In this document: positions 28,021 through 37,548 of the stretch, piece by piece
Layout: each line of letters opens with the position of its first letter
Numbering within the stretch: position 1 is the stretch's first letter
DNA from: Candidatus Latescibacterota bacterium
Lineage (GTDB): Bacteria; Latescibacterota; UBA2968
Length of the DNA stretch: 64,000 bases
Direction of reading: 5' to 3'
NCBI GenBank assembly: GCA_965205975.1
Contig: OZ242195.1
Location: forward strand, 4,096,001 to 4,160,000
Notes under the pieces: generated by a model
The model's input: the letters and a program-made list of their open reading frames with translations, nothing else
Told to the model about the DNA's origin: nothing
Databases searched by the model: none
Translations under genes and position numbers: made by a program

Positions 28021-29430
28021 ATGGCAGACAAACCCGTCTTATTGACCGACGAGCAAATGCAGCAATTCATCCGCGATGGATATTTGATCCTCCACCCCGA
28101 CTTCCCGGAGGGATTTCACGAAAAAGTCTATAAACGCATCGACGAATCCTTTGAAAAAAACAACGGCAGAAATCCCGGTAACAACCTCCTCCCAGCCGTA
28201 CCAGAACTGCAAGACGTATGGGATCACCCCATTGTCCACGGCGCATTTTCCAGCATCCTCGGACCCGATTATTATTTGCACCTGCACCGCCACGTTCACG
28301 AAAGCCGTCCGGGCAGCGATGCGCGCACCATGCACAAAGACAGCTTGCACAACAGCCGATTTTGCGCCGACCAAAACCGCCGCCACCACCACTGCCGCTG
28401 GATGATGGCGATGTATTACCCCCAGGACACACCCCGTGAAATGGGACCGACCAGCGTAACCCCCAGATCGCAATACATCACCGCCCGCGACCAGGAAGGA
28501 GAACACCTCTTCACATCCGGACCCGCGGGAACCGTCGCACTCATCCACTACGACATCCTGCACAAAAAAGAAGCCAACTATACAGACATCACGCGCCACA
28601 TGGTCAAATTCCTGTTCACGCGCATGACTGAGCCTACCGAACCGACATGGGATCACAGCGATGAAACCTGGGTCGCATCCGACGATCCACAAGAACCGAC
28701 ATGGCAGGCCATGTGGAACTGGCACCTGGGCAAAGCACCCGAACACGCGAGCAACGGGGCATCCATCGAAACCCTGAGCGGGCAACTCGCCAATCCAGAC
28801 GAAGCCGCCGCCCTCAATGCATCCTACACCCTCGGATTACAGGGCGAAAAAGCGATCCCCGCCATGATTGACGCACTCAGTGATGCGGAAGATGAAGCCC
28901 CACCGCGAAACGCCGGATACGGATTCACAAACGTCGGCGAAATCGCCGTACCCGCACTGCTCGAACTCACCAAAAATCCGGACCCAAAAATCCGCATGCG
29001 CGCAGTCGATGTACTCGGCGACCTGGGCTTGCGAGCAAAATCAGCCACGCCCGACCTCATCGCCCTGTTGCAGGACACCGACGAAGACACACGCGCACAC
29101 GCCGCAGAATCCCTGGGCACCATTAGCCAGAACACCACGGAAGCCGTGCGCCCGCTCGCCGACATCCTATCTACAGATGAAAGCGACTTTGTGCGACGCA
29201 ATGCCGCCCTCTCCCTCGCGCGATTGGGCATCCATGCCGAAGAAGCCATTCCCGAATTGGCAGACGCCATGCGCGATGGCAACCACTACGTTCGCGGATT
29301 TGCGGTACACGGCCTCTATCGCATCGGCACGCTCGAAGCGCTCAGAGCCGCCATGCATCGCCTCCAGGCACTGCGCTGGGACAGCGAACCCAGAGGTCAG
29401 ACACAAAGAAGACCCAAAAAGGTAGCTTAA
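28021..29430 (+). CDS. PhyH-like dioxygenase fused to HEAT repeats
   Basis: FIRDGYL, MHKD and ILH motifs; C-terminal repeats of the R..AA..LG....AIP.L type. Confidence 0.82.
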   Translation: MADKPVLLTDEQMQQFIRDGYLILHPDFPEGFHEKVYKRIDESFEKNNGRNPGNNLLPAVPELQDVWDHPIVHGAFSSILGPDYYLHLHRHVHESRPGSDARTMHKDSLHNSRFCADQNRRHHHCRWMMAMYYPQDTPREMGPTSVTPRSQYITARDQEGEHLFTSGPAGTVALIHYDILHKKEANYTDITRHMVKFLFTRMTEPTEPTWDHSDETWVASDDPQEPTWQAMWNWHLGKAPEHASNGASIETLSGQLANPDEAAALNASYTLGLQGEKAIPAMIDALSDAEDEAPPRNAGYGFTNVGEIAVPALLELTKNPDPKIRMRAVDVLGDLGLRAKSATPDLIALLQDTDEDTRAHAAESLGTISQNTTEAVRPLADILSTDESDFVRRNAALSLARLGIHAEEAIPELADAMRDGNHYVRGFAVHGLYRIGTLEALRAAMHRLQALRWDSEPRGQTQRRPKKVA

Positions 29431-29433
29431 GAG

Positions 29434-31026
29434 ATGGCCTGGAACCCCGTGACCAAACACATCTCAACGCAACCCAACATCATCATCTTCCTCGTCGATG
29501 ACATGGGCACGGGCGACACCAGCGCGTATCAGGACTGGACCGGCAACCGCGACGACGAACAACTCCACACCCCCAGCCTGGAACGCCTTGCGCGCCTGGG
29601 CGTGCGCTTTACCGATGCACACACGCCATCAACCGTCTGCACCCCCACGCGCTACGCCCTCCTCACCGGACGCTACTGCTGGCGCACGCAACTCAAACAC
29701 AAAGTCGCCTTTGGTCCCCACTATCCGCCACTCATCGAAAAAGAACGACCCACACTCGCCACCATCCTCAAAGAAGCCGGATATCGCACGGGCATCTCGG
29801 GCAAATGGCATGTGGGCCTGACCTACACAAAATCCGACGGCTCACCCGCTGAAGGCTGGGACGACGCAGACGTGCGCCAACCCCTGACCGACTGCCCCGA
29901 AGAACACGGCTTTGACTACCACTTCATCACCAACCGAAGCCATGGAACCTCTGGCAATGCGGGCTGGATCGAAAACCGCCGCTGCATCGGCGCAACCGGC
30001 GAAAACCCTCACGACATCGCGGGTTACGACCTGTACAAAACCGGATCCATGAACTTTCAGCACGCCGTTGGTTTTCTCAATGATCATCTCACAAAAGACA
30101 CAAAACAACAACCCTTCTTCCTCTACTACGCCGCCAACGCCAATCACACACCCCACACGCCGTGCGACGCCCTCAACGGCGTACCCATCGCGGGACAGGC
30201 GCACTTCAAAAACGGCAAGCGCGAACTCTCGCGCCCACACGCCACCACCAACGATCCCAATGGCTGGGAAAGCACCGAATGGGGCAAACAGCGCGACCAG
30301 GTCGGCGGCTGCGAGCACAACACGCCCGAACGCCTCGACTTCATATACGAAAACGACGTCGCAGTCGGCCAATTGCTCAACTACCTCGAAACCCACGACG
30401 ACCCGCGCAACCCGGGCCACAAACTCATCGACAACACCCTCTTCATCTTCTCCAGCGACAACGGCGCGGAAAACGCGGGCAAAGAATCCAGCGGCTACTA
30501 CCGCGGTCGCAAAGCCCACATCCACGAAGGCGGCCATCGCGTGCCCACAATCGCCTTCTGGAAACAGGGCAACATCGGCGACGGCAACGACGCGACCTCC
30601 GGGCGCACCAGCCACATCACGTATGGACTCAACGACCTCATATTATCCATCGCAGACCTCGTCGGCATCGAAGCATCCTCACGCCAAGGATTTGCCGAAG
30701 ACAGCACCAGCATCGCGCCCTTTCTCACGGGCCTGAAAGACGATGAATTTGAACCCCACCCCCTCGTCCTCCACGACGACTACATCATGGGCCCCATGCT
30801 CTCGCTGCGAGATGGCGATTGGAAATTGATCGTCGGGCAAGAACTCATTACAGAAGACGCATTAAAACACCACGCCCTCTTCAACTTAAAAGACAACCCC
30901 ACAGAAGACGAACGCCAGAACCTCATCACATCAGAACAACACAGCCACCTCGTCGAATCCCTCTCCGAAAAATTACTCGATATTTATCACCAGAGGAACA
31001 CCCATGCAAACGCCCTTCCCAGCTAA
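29434..31026 (+). CDS. Formylglycine-dependent sulfatase
   Basis: DDMG, CTPTRYALLTG, GKWH and SSDNG motifs. Confidence 0.92.
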   Translation: MAWNPVTKHISTQPNIIIFLVDDMGTGDTSAYQDWTGNRDDEQLHTPSLERLARLGVRFTDAHTPSTVCTPTRYALLTGRYCWRTQLKHKVAFGPHYPPLIEKERPTLATILKEAGYRTGISGKWHVGLTYTKSDGSPAEGWDDADVRQPLTDCPEEHGFDYHFITNRSHGTSGNAGWIENRRCIGATGENPHDIAGYDLYKTGSMNFQHAVGFLNDHLTKDTKQQPFFLYYAANANHTPHTPCDALNGVPIAGQAHFKNGKRELSRPHATTNDPNGWESTEWGKQRDQVGGCEHNTPERLDFIYENDVAVGQLLNYLETHDDPRNPGHKLIDNTLFIFSSDNGAENAGKESSGYYRGRKAHIHEGGHRVPTIAFWKQGNIGDGNDATSGRTSHITYGLNDLILSIADLVGIEASSRQGFAEDSTSIAPFLTGLKDDEFEPHPLVLHDDYIMGPMLSLRDGDWKLIVGQELITEDALKHHALFNLKDNPTEDERQNLITSEQHSHLVESLSEKLLDIYHQRNTHANALPS

Positions 31027-32218
31027 ACTACCACTTGAAAAACCGGACCGCGAACTCAGCGCCTCAATGGAGCGCATGTACGATATATGGAACCCCCATG
31101 AAGATCGCGGCAATGAATTCTTCAGCAACTTCAAATACTCCCCCCTCGCGGGATTCTCACGAGAACCCAACGTCTCCCGCCGCGACCCATCCAAAATCCT
31201 CCGCATTGACGGCACCTATTACGTCTGGTACACATGCCGGCGCACACAAGGCCCGCCCGTCGGACACGAAAACGCCACCGACGAAATTCCCTCTGTCGAT
31301 TGGGACCTCGCAGACATCTGGTATGCCACCAGCGAAGACGGCTTTCACTGGGAAGAACGGGGACCAGCCGCCACCCGCCCACCAAAAGGCGAATTTGGCT
31401 GGCGCTCAAACTGCACCCCCGACATCCTCGTCTGGAAAAACAAATACTACCTCTACCACCAGGCATACAGCGAAGTCATTCAGGGCGGCGACTCGTGCCC
31501 CGTCACCATCGCCATCGCCGACTCTCCCCAGGGCCCCTGGACGCGACTGGGCAAACCCATTGTGGAACCCGGCGAACCCGACGACTGGGATTGCAACTGC
31601 ATACACGACCCATTCCCCCTCATCTACAAAGGCAAAATCCACATGTATTACAAAGGCTCGCCCGGCCAAAAACGCGGCGGCGCAAACATCATCCGCGCTC
31701 AGGGCGTTGCCATAGCCGACCATCCGGAAGGACCATACAAAAAATCATCGCTAAACCCCGTCCTCAACTCCGGTCACGAAACCTGTCTGTGGCCCTACAA
31801 AGAAGGCATCGCCGCAATCGTCAGCCTGGACGGACCCGAAAAAAACACCGTACAATACGCGCATGATGGCCTCCATTTCGAAATGAAATCCCTGCTCCAG
31901 GTACCCCCCGTCGCGCCCGGACCCTTTGTGCCCGACGCATTTGCCGACAACGGCGACGGACGCGGCATCACCTGGGGATTGTGCCACATCAACCCGGATG
32001 GCGGGGGCAGCATGAGCGAATCCATCCTCGCCCGATTCGACTGCGACCTCAGCCGCGACACAGACCGCCCCCTCTTCAAAAACAACAACCTGCGCTTTGA
32101 CGAACCCACCTACTTCCAGCGCGTCCTCAAATTGCCCGAATACCTCCAAAAGCAAATCCTCAGAGAACAGAATGATACTGATCAAAATACCATCGGAACC
32201 TTCAAGGAGCCATCATGA
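31004..32218 (+). CDS. Glycoside hydrolase, GH117-like five-bladed beta-propeller
   Basis: RRDPSKI..YYVWYT, WDLADIWYATSEDG, HDP, YYKG and NSGHET motifs. Confidence 0.8.
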   Translation: MQTPFPAKLPLEKPDRELSASMERMYDIWNPHEDRGNEFFSNFKYSPLAGFSREPNVSRRDPSKILRIDGTYYVWYTCRRTQGPPVGHENATDEIPSVDWDLADIWYATSEDGFHWEERGPAATRPPKGEFGWRSNCTPDILVWKNKYYLYHQAYSEVIQGGDSCPVTIAIADSPQGPWTRLGKPIVEPGEPDDWDCNCIHDPFPLIYKGKIHMYYKGSPGQKRGGANIIRAQGVAIADHPEGPYKKSSLNPVLNSGHETCLWPYKEGIAAIVSLDGPEKNTVQYAHDGLHFEMKSLLQVPPVAPGPFVPDAFADNGDGRGITWGLCHINPDGGGSMSESILARFDCDLSRDTDRPLFKNNNLRFDEPTYFQRVLKLPEYLQKQILREQNDTDQNTIGTFKEPS

Positions 32219-33291
32219 AAACGATCTACCGTTTAACACTCGTGCAAGGGATATGCTGTTTCCTGCTCATCGGCGGACTGCTCGCCCCACCCGCAGAGGC
32301 AGTTAAATTTCGCACCGAAGCAGGTCAACTCCAGCAATCAAAATTCGTCATCGCCATACCGGAGTCCTGGAACGGAAAACTCCTAATGCTGGCGCACGGC
32401 CATCGCTCCGAAAATGCGCCCCTGAGCGCCGATTTTCGCACAGAGTCTCCCACGTACCAGCATTTGCTTGCCGATGGCTGGATGATCGCATCTACCAGCT
32501 ACCGCCGCAACGGAGCGATCATCGTCGATGCGGTAGCGGACATCGAACTGCTACGCCAGCACATTGCCCAAACTTATGGCGCGCCCAAACGTCTGCTTGT
32601 ACAGGGCAGCTCAATGGGCGGTGCGATCGTGACACTGATCGCCGAAACCGCACCCGAAGGTTATGACGGCTTGCTCGCGTTGGGGGCGGCACTGCAAGTG
32701 CGAGATGCAGAGCAACCCCACGAATGGCGTTATACCCCGCGTCTCCCGTTGCTCTTCGTCAGTAACCAGAGTGAAGTGGAGGGACCCCAGGCGTATATCC
32801 AGAAAGCGGCAAAGGCACCGAATGTGCCAGTGTTCTGGTCTGTGGCACGCGACGGACATGTGAACCTCAGAGAGATCGAACGGGAAACCGCGTTGCGCGC
32901 GCTCGACGCCTATCTGGACACCGGCACGATTGAACGAGACAAAGACGCGACCATCGCTCCGAATCATGTGTCGTCTGCGGAATTTGTGGAAGGTGGGGCT
33001 TACACAAAGATAGAGAGCATCTCCTCGACCTACGGCAACATCAACACCGAATTTATCGAAGGCGACCTGCAGCAACTTGGCATCTCTCCCAAAACCCGTT
33101 TTCAGGTCAGCTATGGGGAGCAGACGTTCACAGTGTTGCTTGCCACCACCTATGGAGACGTACCGCGGGGAGAGTGGGTTGCATTCCTGACAGCGGAAGG
33201 TCGCTTGAGGATTGCTCGCAACTACGAAAACGCCTCAAAGACACTTGGGTGTAAGGAGGGCGACAAAATCTTCATCGCGCCCGCCGAATAA
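32215..33291 (+). CDS. Secreted alpha/beta hydrolase fused to a SAM hydroxide adenosyltransferase (DUF62) C-terminal-like domain
   Basis: Signal peptide and GSSMGG elbow; C-terminal YGNINT...TYGDVPRGE.VAF...G.L.IARN..NASKTLG...GD. Confidence 0.7.
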   Translation: MKTIYRLTLVQGICCFLLIGGLLAPPAEAVKFRTEAGQLQQSKFVIAIPESWNGKLLMLAHGHRSENAPLSADFRTESPTYQHLLADGWMIASTSYRRNGAIIVDAVADIELLRQHIAQTYGAPKRLLVQGSSMGGAIVTLIAETAPEGYDGLLALGAALQVRDAEQPHEWRYTPRLPLLFVSNQSEVEGPQAYIQKAAKAPNVPVFWSVARDGHVNLREIERETALRALDAYLDTGTIERDKDATIAPNHVSSAEFVEGGAYTKIESISSTYGNINTEFIEGDLQQLGISPKTRFQVSYGEQTFTVLLATTYGDVPRGEWVAFLTAEGRLRIARNYENASKTLGCKEGDKIFIAPAE

Positions 33292-33313
33292 ACCTTATAA
33301 AAGGAGTTTCTAC

Positions 33314-34540
33314 ATGGAAATGCTGTATCTATTGATCGCATTTGTAATTGGAGGCGTGGTTGGGGGCGTGATTATGAGCCTGCGAAAGAATGGGGATGAG
33401 GCTTTGCGAATTGAGTTGGCGAAGTTGCAGAGCGAGAAGGACGCCCAGGCGGACAAAGAAGAGTGGATCAAAAAAGCGGAAGAAAAATTGCGCGAGGCTT
33501 TTGACTCGCTGGCGGGCAAGTCATTGCGTCACAATGCCGATGCATTTTTGAAACAGGCGCAAACGCAAATGACCGGCGTACTAAATGAGGTCCGCGGCGA
33601 TTGGAAGACGCAGAAATCGGAAATGCAAAACTTGATGACGCCAGTGCGAGAGAATTTGGACAAACTCGACGGACATGTGCGGTTGCTGGAGGAAAAACGA
33701 GAAGGCGCGTATCGAGCACTCGACCAGCAATTAAAGGAACTCATGGATATGCAGCACAAACTTCAAACCACGACCGTCACATTATCTCAGGCACTCAAAT
33801 CATCTTCTGTGCGCGGACAATGGGGCGAGATTCAGTTGCGTCGCGTGGTGGAACTGGCGGGCATGGAACGATGGGTAGATTTTGAGGAACAGGTATCAGG
33901 TGACAGTGGCCGTCCGGATATGGTTGTGCATTTGCCTGGTGGGGGAGCGTTGCCAGTAGATGCCAAAACACCTATGACATCTTATTTGAACGCCGCGGAA
34001 GCTGATGATGATAAAGCATACAAAAACTATATGAGAGCACATGCTCAAGCAGTGCGCGGTCGGGTGCGCGAATTGGGGCAAAAAGCCTACTGGTCGCAGT
34101 TTGAAAAGACGCCAGAGTTTGTCGTCATGTTTGTGCCTGTTGAAGCCAGTGTTGCCGCGGCGTTTGAGGAAGAGCCAGGTTTGTTGGACGATGCCTTGCA
34201 AAGCAAAGTGCTGATTACAACGCCCGTGACACTGTTGGCGCTCTTGAAGGCTGTTGCTTACGGCTGGCAACAACAGGCGGTGTCTGAAAACGCGCGTCAA
34301 ATAGCCGCCGCGGGCAAAGAGTTATACCAGCGCATAACGCCATTTTTTGCCCACCTTAATACCCTGGGAAGTCGTATCGATCAGACCGTTAAGAGTTATA
34401 ATCAGTCCATCGGGTCACTGGAACACAGGGTTTTGCCCTCTGTGCAGCGGCTTCAGGCGTTGGACGTTGGAGACAACGAACTCAATGCGCCCCAGACCAT
34501 TGATCAACGCACCCGGTCATTGCCCGAAGCGTTAGAGTAG
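33314..34540 (+). CDS. rmuC: DNA recombination protein RmuC
   Basis: RGQWGEIQL, RPDMVVHLPG, VDAKTP and FVVMFVP motifs; AAGGAG RBS. Confidence 0.92.
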   Translation: MEMLYLLIAFVIGGVVGGVIMSLRKNGDEALRIELAKLQSEKDAQADKEEWIKKAEEKLREAFDSLAGKSLRHNADAFLKQAQTQMTGVLNEVRGDWKTQKSEMQNLMTPVRENLDKLDGHVRLLEEKREGAYRALDQQLKELMDMQHKLQTTTVTLSQALKSSSVRGQWGEIQLRRVVELAGMERWVDFEEQVSGDSGRPDMVVHLPGGGALPVDAKTPMTSYLNAAEADDDKAYKNYMRAHAQAVRGRVRELGQKAYWSQFEKTPEFVVMFVPVEASVAAAFEEEPGLLDDALQSKVLITTPVTLLALLKAVAYGWQQQAVSENARQIAAAGKELYQRITPFFAHLNTLGSRIDQTVKSYNQSIGSLEHRVLPSVQRLQALDVGDNELNAPQTIDQRTRSLPEALE

Positions 34541-34634
34541 CCGAAGCGCAACATCAGAGTGAAACAGACGATATTAGGGCCTCTACAACAGGATGGTTCA
34601 AATTATGGGTTACAGATCCCTTGTCCCATCCGAT

Positions 34635-36557
34635 TTAGTATTTAAAAATCTCATTACTGCCCGAGAGGCTGTTAAGAGTAACCCTTTTATCCACTGGGTT
34701 CTTAATACCCTCAACTCGCCATCGCTCTAACGCAAAATTCACATATCTTTCCTCGTGTAGATCGAGAAATCTCGTATAGACTAAGTACCAATATTTCCAT
34801 GTCTTATTCTTCCGCTGTTCGTTGTTTTCTATCTCTTCCTGCGCTTGATCGAATAAATCTATCAACTCTCGGATCATCCGCGTATCCGGAACTTTTTCTG
34901 TGTTTCTAAAGTACTCCGTAACTTTTTCTTCGGGTGTTTTTTTTCCCATGCTTAGGTTTATAGATTCTTTGAGCAATATAAAATTTCCAAGGCGCCTTTT
35001 ATTTCTGTCAAGATTACCTTTGTCATTAATTCTCTTTGTATCTGCAACAGCCCAGATGTGTTCTAAGTGATAAAAGTCATTGGGATGTTGAGGATCTCTC
35101 TCAGCCAGATATTGCTCTAATTTTTCCTCTCTTCCCTCCTTGCGTTCCAAATTTCCCTCATAACTTGCCAGAAAGTATTTCAGCCATGACCAGTGATAGT
35201 AGTCTCCTGATTCATCTATATCTAAAGTCAGATTTTTGATCAGGTTTTTGTCTTTGGCATTATTATTTACAAATTCGCGCAATCGTTCTTCCAGCCATGA
35301 TGCATTGATCAGCACATCATCACGAGTTTTTGAATGATGGTTATAGAAATCGTGAGCCAACTTAAAAAGTTCTCCCTGTCCAGAATCAGTCCGGGAGGCA
35401 ATACCTGTTCCGTAGAATCGAAAGTTGAGTTTTTCAACCAATTCCAATAAAGGTACTCTCGTTGAGGCCTCAGTCTCGCGGTTAAATATTGCAAGAATCA
35501 ATGGCAACACGGATGCCAAGACAGGTTGATGCCCAAGACGAGTCAGGCATTCCTTTTCTTTATCTTCAGTTACTCCTTCTCTTGTGTAAAGTTTCTGATA
35601 CGTAAGTGCTGTTTTTTCGAGAAATGCGACGAAATCTTCGAGCCGCTTCCTGTCATTCCCTGTGGTGGGGAACTGATCTTTCAGGTTGTCATAGACGTTG
35701 AAGCTTTTGTTTTTAGTAGCGTCCTGAAATACGATCCAGCAGTTACGAAGGAATCCATTTTCGTCATCGTTGGATGTGTGATTGCAGCGATTAAGGTGTT
35801 CTAATATTTCTGACCACTTGTCATCCACAGCCTTTTTTAAGTCCTGAATGTCATTCTTTTCCGAATAGTACATAAGATAATTTTTCACTTTTTCCAATTC
35901 GCTCAGTGGTTTCCCCCGGTTATTGATAACTTCGAACATGATGCCTATTTCTCTCGTGTTATTAGGGGCGTACATTAGGAATCCGAGTTGGTTTGTAATA
36001 TATTCATAGATTTTAGAAAGAGATATTCCATTTTTAGGTTGAAGCCATTTCTTAAACTGATCAAATGCATCAACAATGTTTTGATGTCCCTTATTTTTAA
36101 CTTTTCCACTGGAGTCTGAGTCAGGTTCCTTAACCATATCCCAAAATAGGTTATCTTGTTCATTTGATAAGGCAAATTTGCGACAGGTGTTTCCGTGTTC
36201 GCTCCCTTCTTCAAGAAAGTAACGTCTCAAATCCTCTGGTTCCGGAATATTCCTTCGTTCACAGACATGAGCCATGCAGGACAAGAGAATTATCAGGGTT
36301 GCCAGTCGCTGTTGACCATCTACTATTTCGAAGTGGTCATTATCCTGAATTGAGTCTTTCTTGACTGCAACCAATGTGCCAGTATAGTGGCTATATCCCC
36401 CGTCCATTCCATATTCTATATCTTTGATTAAGTCTTTGCGCTGGTCTTCCTCCCATGAGTATCCGCGTTGATAGGCAGGGATACTGAATGATCTGTTTCC
36501 CTCAGCGAAAACCTGCTTCAATGTGAGTAATTCAAGACGTTGTTCAATGGTGAACAT
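34635..36557 (-). CDS. GmrSD-like protein (DUF262 plus DUF1524/HNH), putative modification-dependent restriction nuclease
   Basis: IPAYQRGYSW, DGQQRL and FEVINNRG (DUF262); LEHIW...LGNFILL (DUF1524); AT-rich. Confidence 0.85.
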   Translation of the reverse strand: MFTIEQRLELLTLKQVFAEGNRSFSIPAYQRGYSWEEDQRKDLIKDIEYGMDGGYSHYTGTLVAVKKDSIQDNDHFEIVDGQQRLATLIILLSCMAHVCERRNIPEPEDLRRYFLEEGSEHGNTCRKFALSNEQDNLFWDMVKEPDSDSSGKVKNKGHQNIVDAFDQFKKWLQPKNGISLSKIYEYITNQLGFLMYAPNNTREIGIMFEVINNRGKPLSELEKVKNYLMYYSEKNDIQDLKKAVDDKWSEILEHLNRCNHTSNDDENGFLRNCWIVFQDATKNKSFNVYDNLKDQFPTTGNDRKRLEDFVAFLEKTALTYQKLYTREGVTEDKEKECLTRLGHQPVLASVLPLILAIFNRETEASTRVPLLELVEKLNFRFYGTGIASRTDSGQGELFKLAHDFYNHHSKTRDDVLINASWLEERLREFVNNNAKDKNLIKNLTLDIDESGDYYHWSWLKYFLASYEGNLERKEGREEKLEQYLAERDPQHPNDFYHLEHIWAVADTKRINDKGNLDRNKRRLGNFILLKESINLSMGKKTPEEKVTEYFRNTEKVPDTRMIRELIDLFDQAQEEIENNEQRKNKTWKYWYLVYTRFLDLHEERYVNFALERWRVEGIKNPVDKRVTLNSLSGSNEIFKY

Positions 36558-36752
36558 GTAAAGCCTCCCGTGTATTGGTCAACTTAAAAGATAGAGCAAC
36601 AAATGTTCTCGGATAGCCAAAAAAAGGCCGATCTTCCTTATCAATATGAACAGATTCCAATGTATAAAAAATAAATTACAGATGTCAAGATCAATGGTTC
36701 GGACACTTTTTGATAGATTCTCCATTAGATAAAAACCTGAGTTTCTATAATA

Positions 36753-36779
36753 CAAAAGGGGATTATATACAATAGTGCC
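36753..36779 (+). repeat. Left arm of a 27-bp inverted repeat
   Basis: CAAAAGGGGATTATATACAATAGTGCC; 24/27 identical to the reverse complement of 37514-37540. Confidence 0.85.
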
Positions 36780-36792
36780 CAAAAATTACCCA

Positions 36793-37494
36793 TCACTCTC
36801 GTATATACCGCAGAAACACACTTCCGTCCCTATCATCTAACCACTCCTCAAGACTTGTCCCATTCAAAACACTTACAGGAACATCTCTCCATTCCTTCTT
36901 GCTAAAATTCCTGTAACCCATATACTCCAACATACCAGACGCAGGATAATGAACATTTAAAATCTCTACACTACCATCATAATCCTCATCAAAAATGAAC
37001 GGACGACCACTAACACGACTAAAAATATCTCCCGTAATACGCCCCAACCTCGCAGACCCCATATAACGCTTTTCATAGAGAGAATCCATATATATTGTAT
37101 ATGCGCGGCTCTTGCCACTCAACGCACCACGCGGAACAATCAAAACAGAATCTTGATCAGACTCTACACCCAAGTCTGCGACAACACGACCAAACACCTC
37201 TAAATCCATGACCTCAGGCTTCCCCTGATGAACAGTTCCTTTATTGACAATAAAAAAACTTTCCTCTCTCCTAACCCTCCCTTCCCTATCTTTCCAACGA
37301 CCCTTCAGGGAGATAATAAAAAAACTTGACCACAACTTTAACTTTGCCAACAACTTCGCATGTCGCTTTCTCTGCTCCCGACGGGGAATATTGCCTCCCG
37401 TAATATATCTCGAAATCATCGCACAATCATACGTCTCATTGTGTTCCACAATCCGAGATAAACCCTCCAACATCAAACCAGAACGACTATCCAT
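36793..37494 (-). CDS. Hypothetical protein with phage SAM-lyase-like motifs (paralogue B)
   Basis: CAMISRY..EQRKRHAKLLAKL..GRWKD..REESFFI..LGVESDQDSVLI; alignable by eye with 37549-38592. Confidence 0.55.
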   Translation of the reverse strand: MDSRSGLMLEGLSRIVEHNETYDCAMISRYITGGNIPRREQRKRHAKLLAKLKLWSSFFIISLKGRWKDREGRVRREESFFIVNKGTVHQGKPEVMDLEVFGRVVADLGVESDQDSVLIVPRGALSGKSRAYTIYMDSLYEKRYMGSARLGRITGDIFSRVSGRPFIFDEDYDGSVEILNVHYPASGMLEYMGYRNFSKKEWRDVPVSVLNGTSLEEWLDDRDGSVFLRYIRE

Positions 37495-37513
37495 AATATA
37501 ACCCCCAATAATT

Positions 37514-37540
37514 GGCACTATTTTATATAATCTCCTCTTG
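37514..37540 (+). repeat. Right arm of the 27-bp inverted repeat
   Basis: GGCACTATTTTATATAATCTCCTCTTG. Confidence 0.85.
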
Positions 37541-37548
37541 GAAGCATC

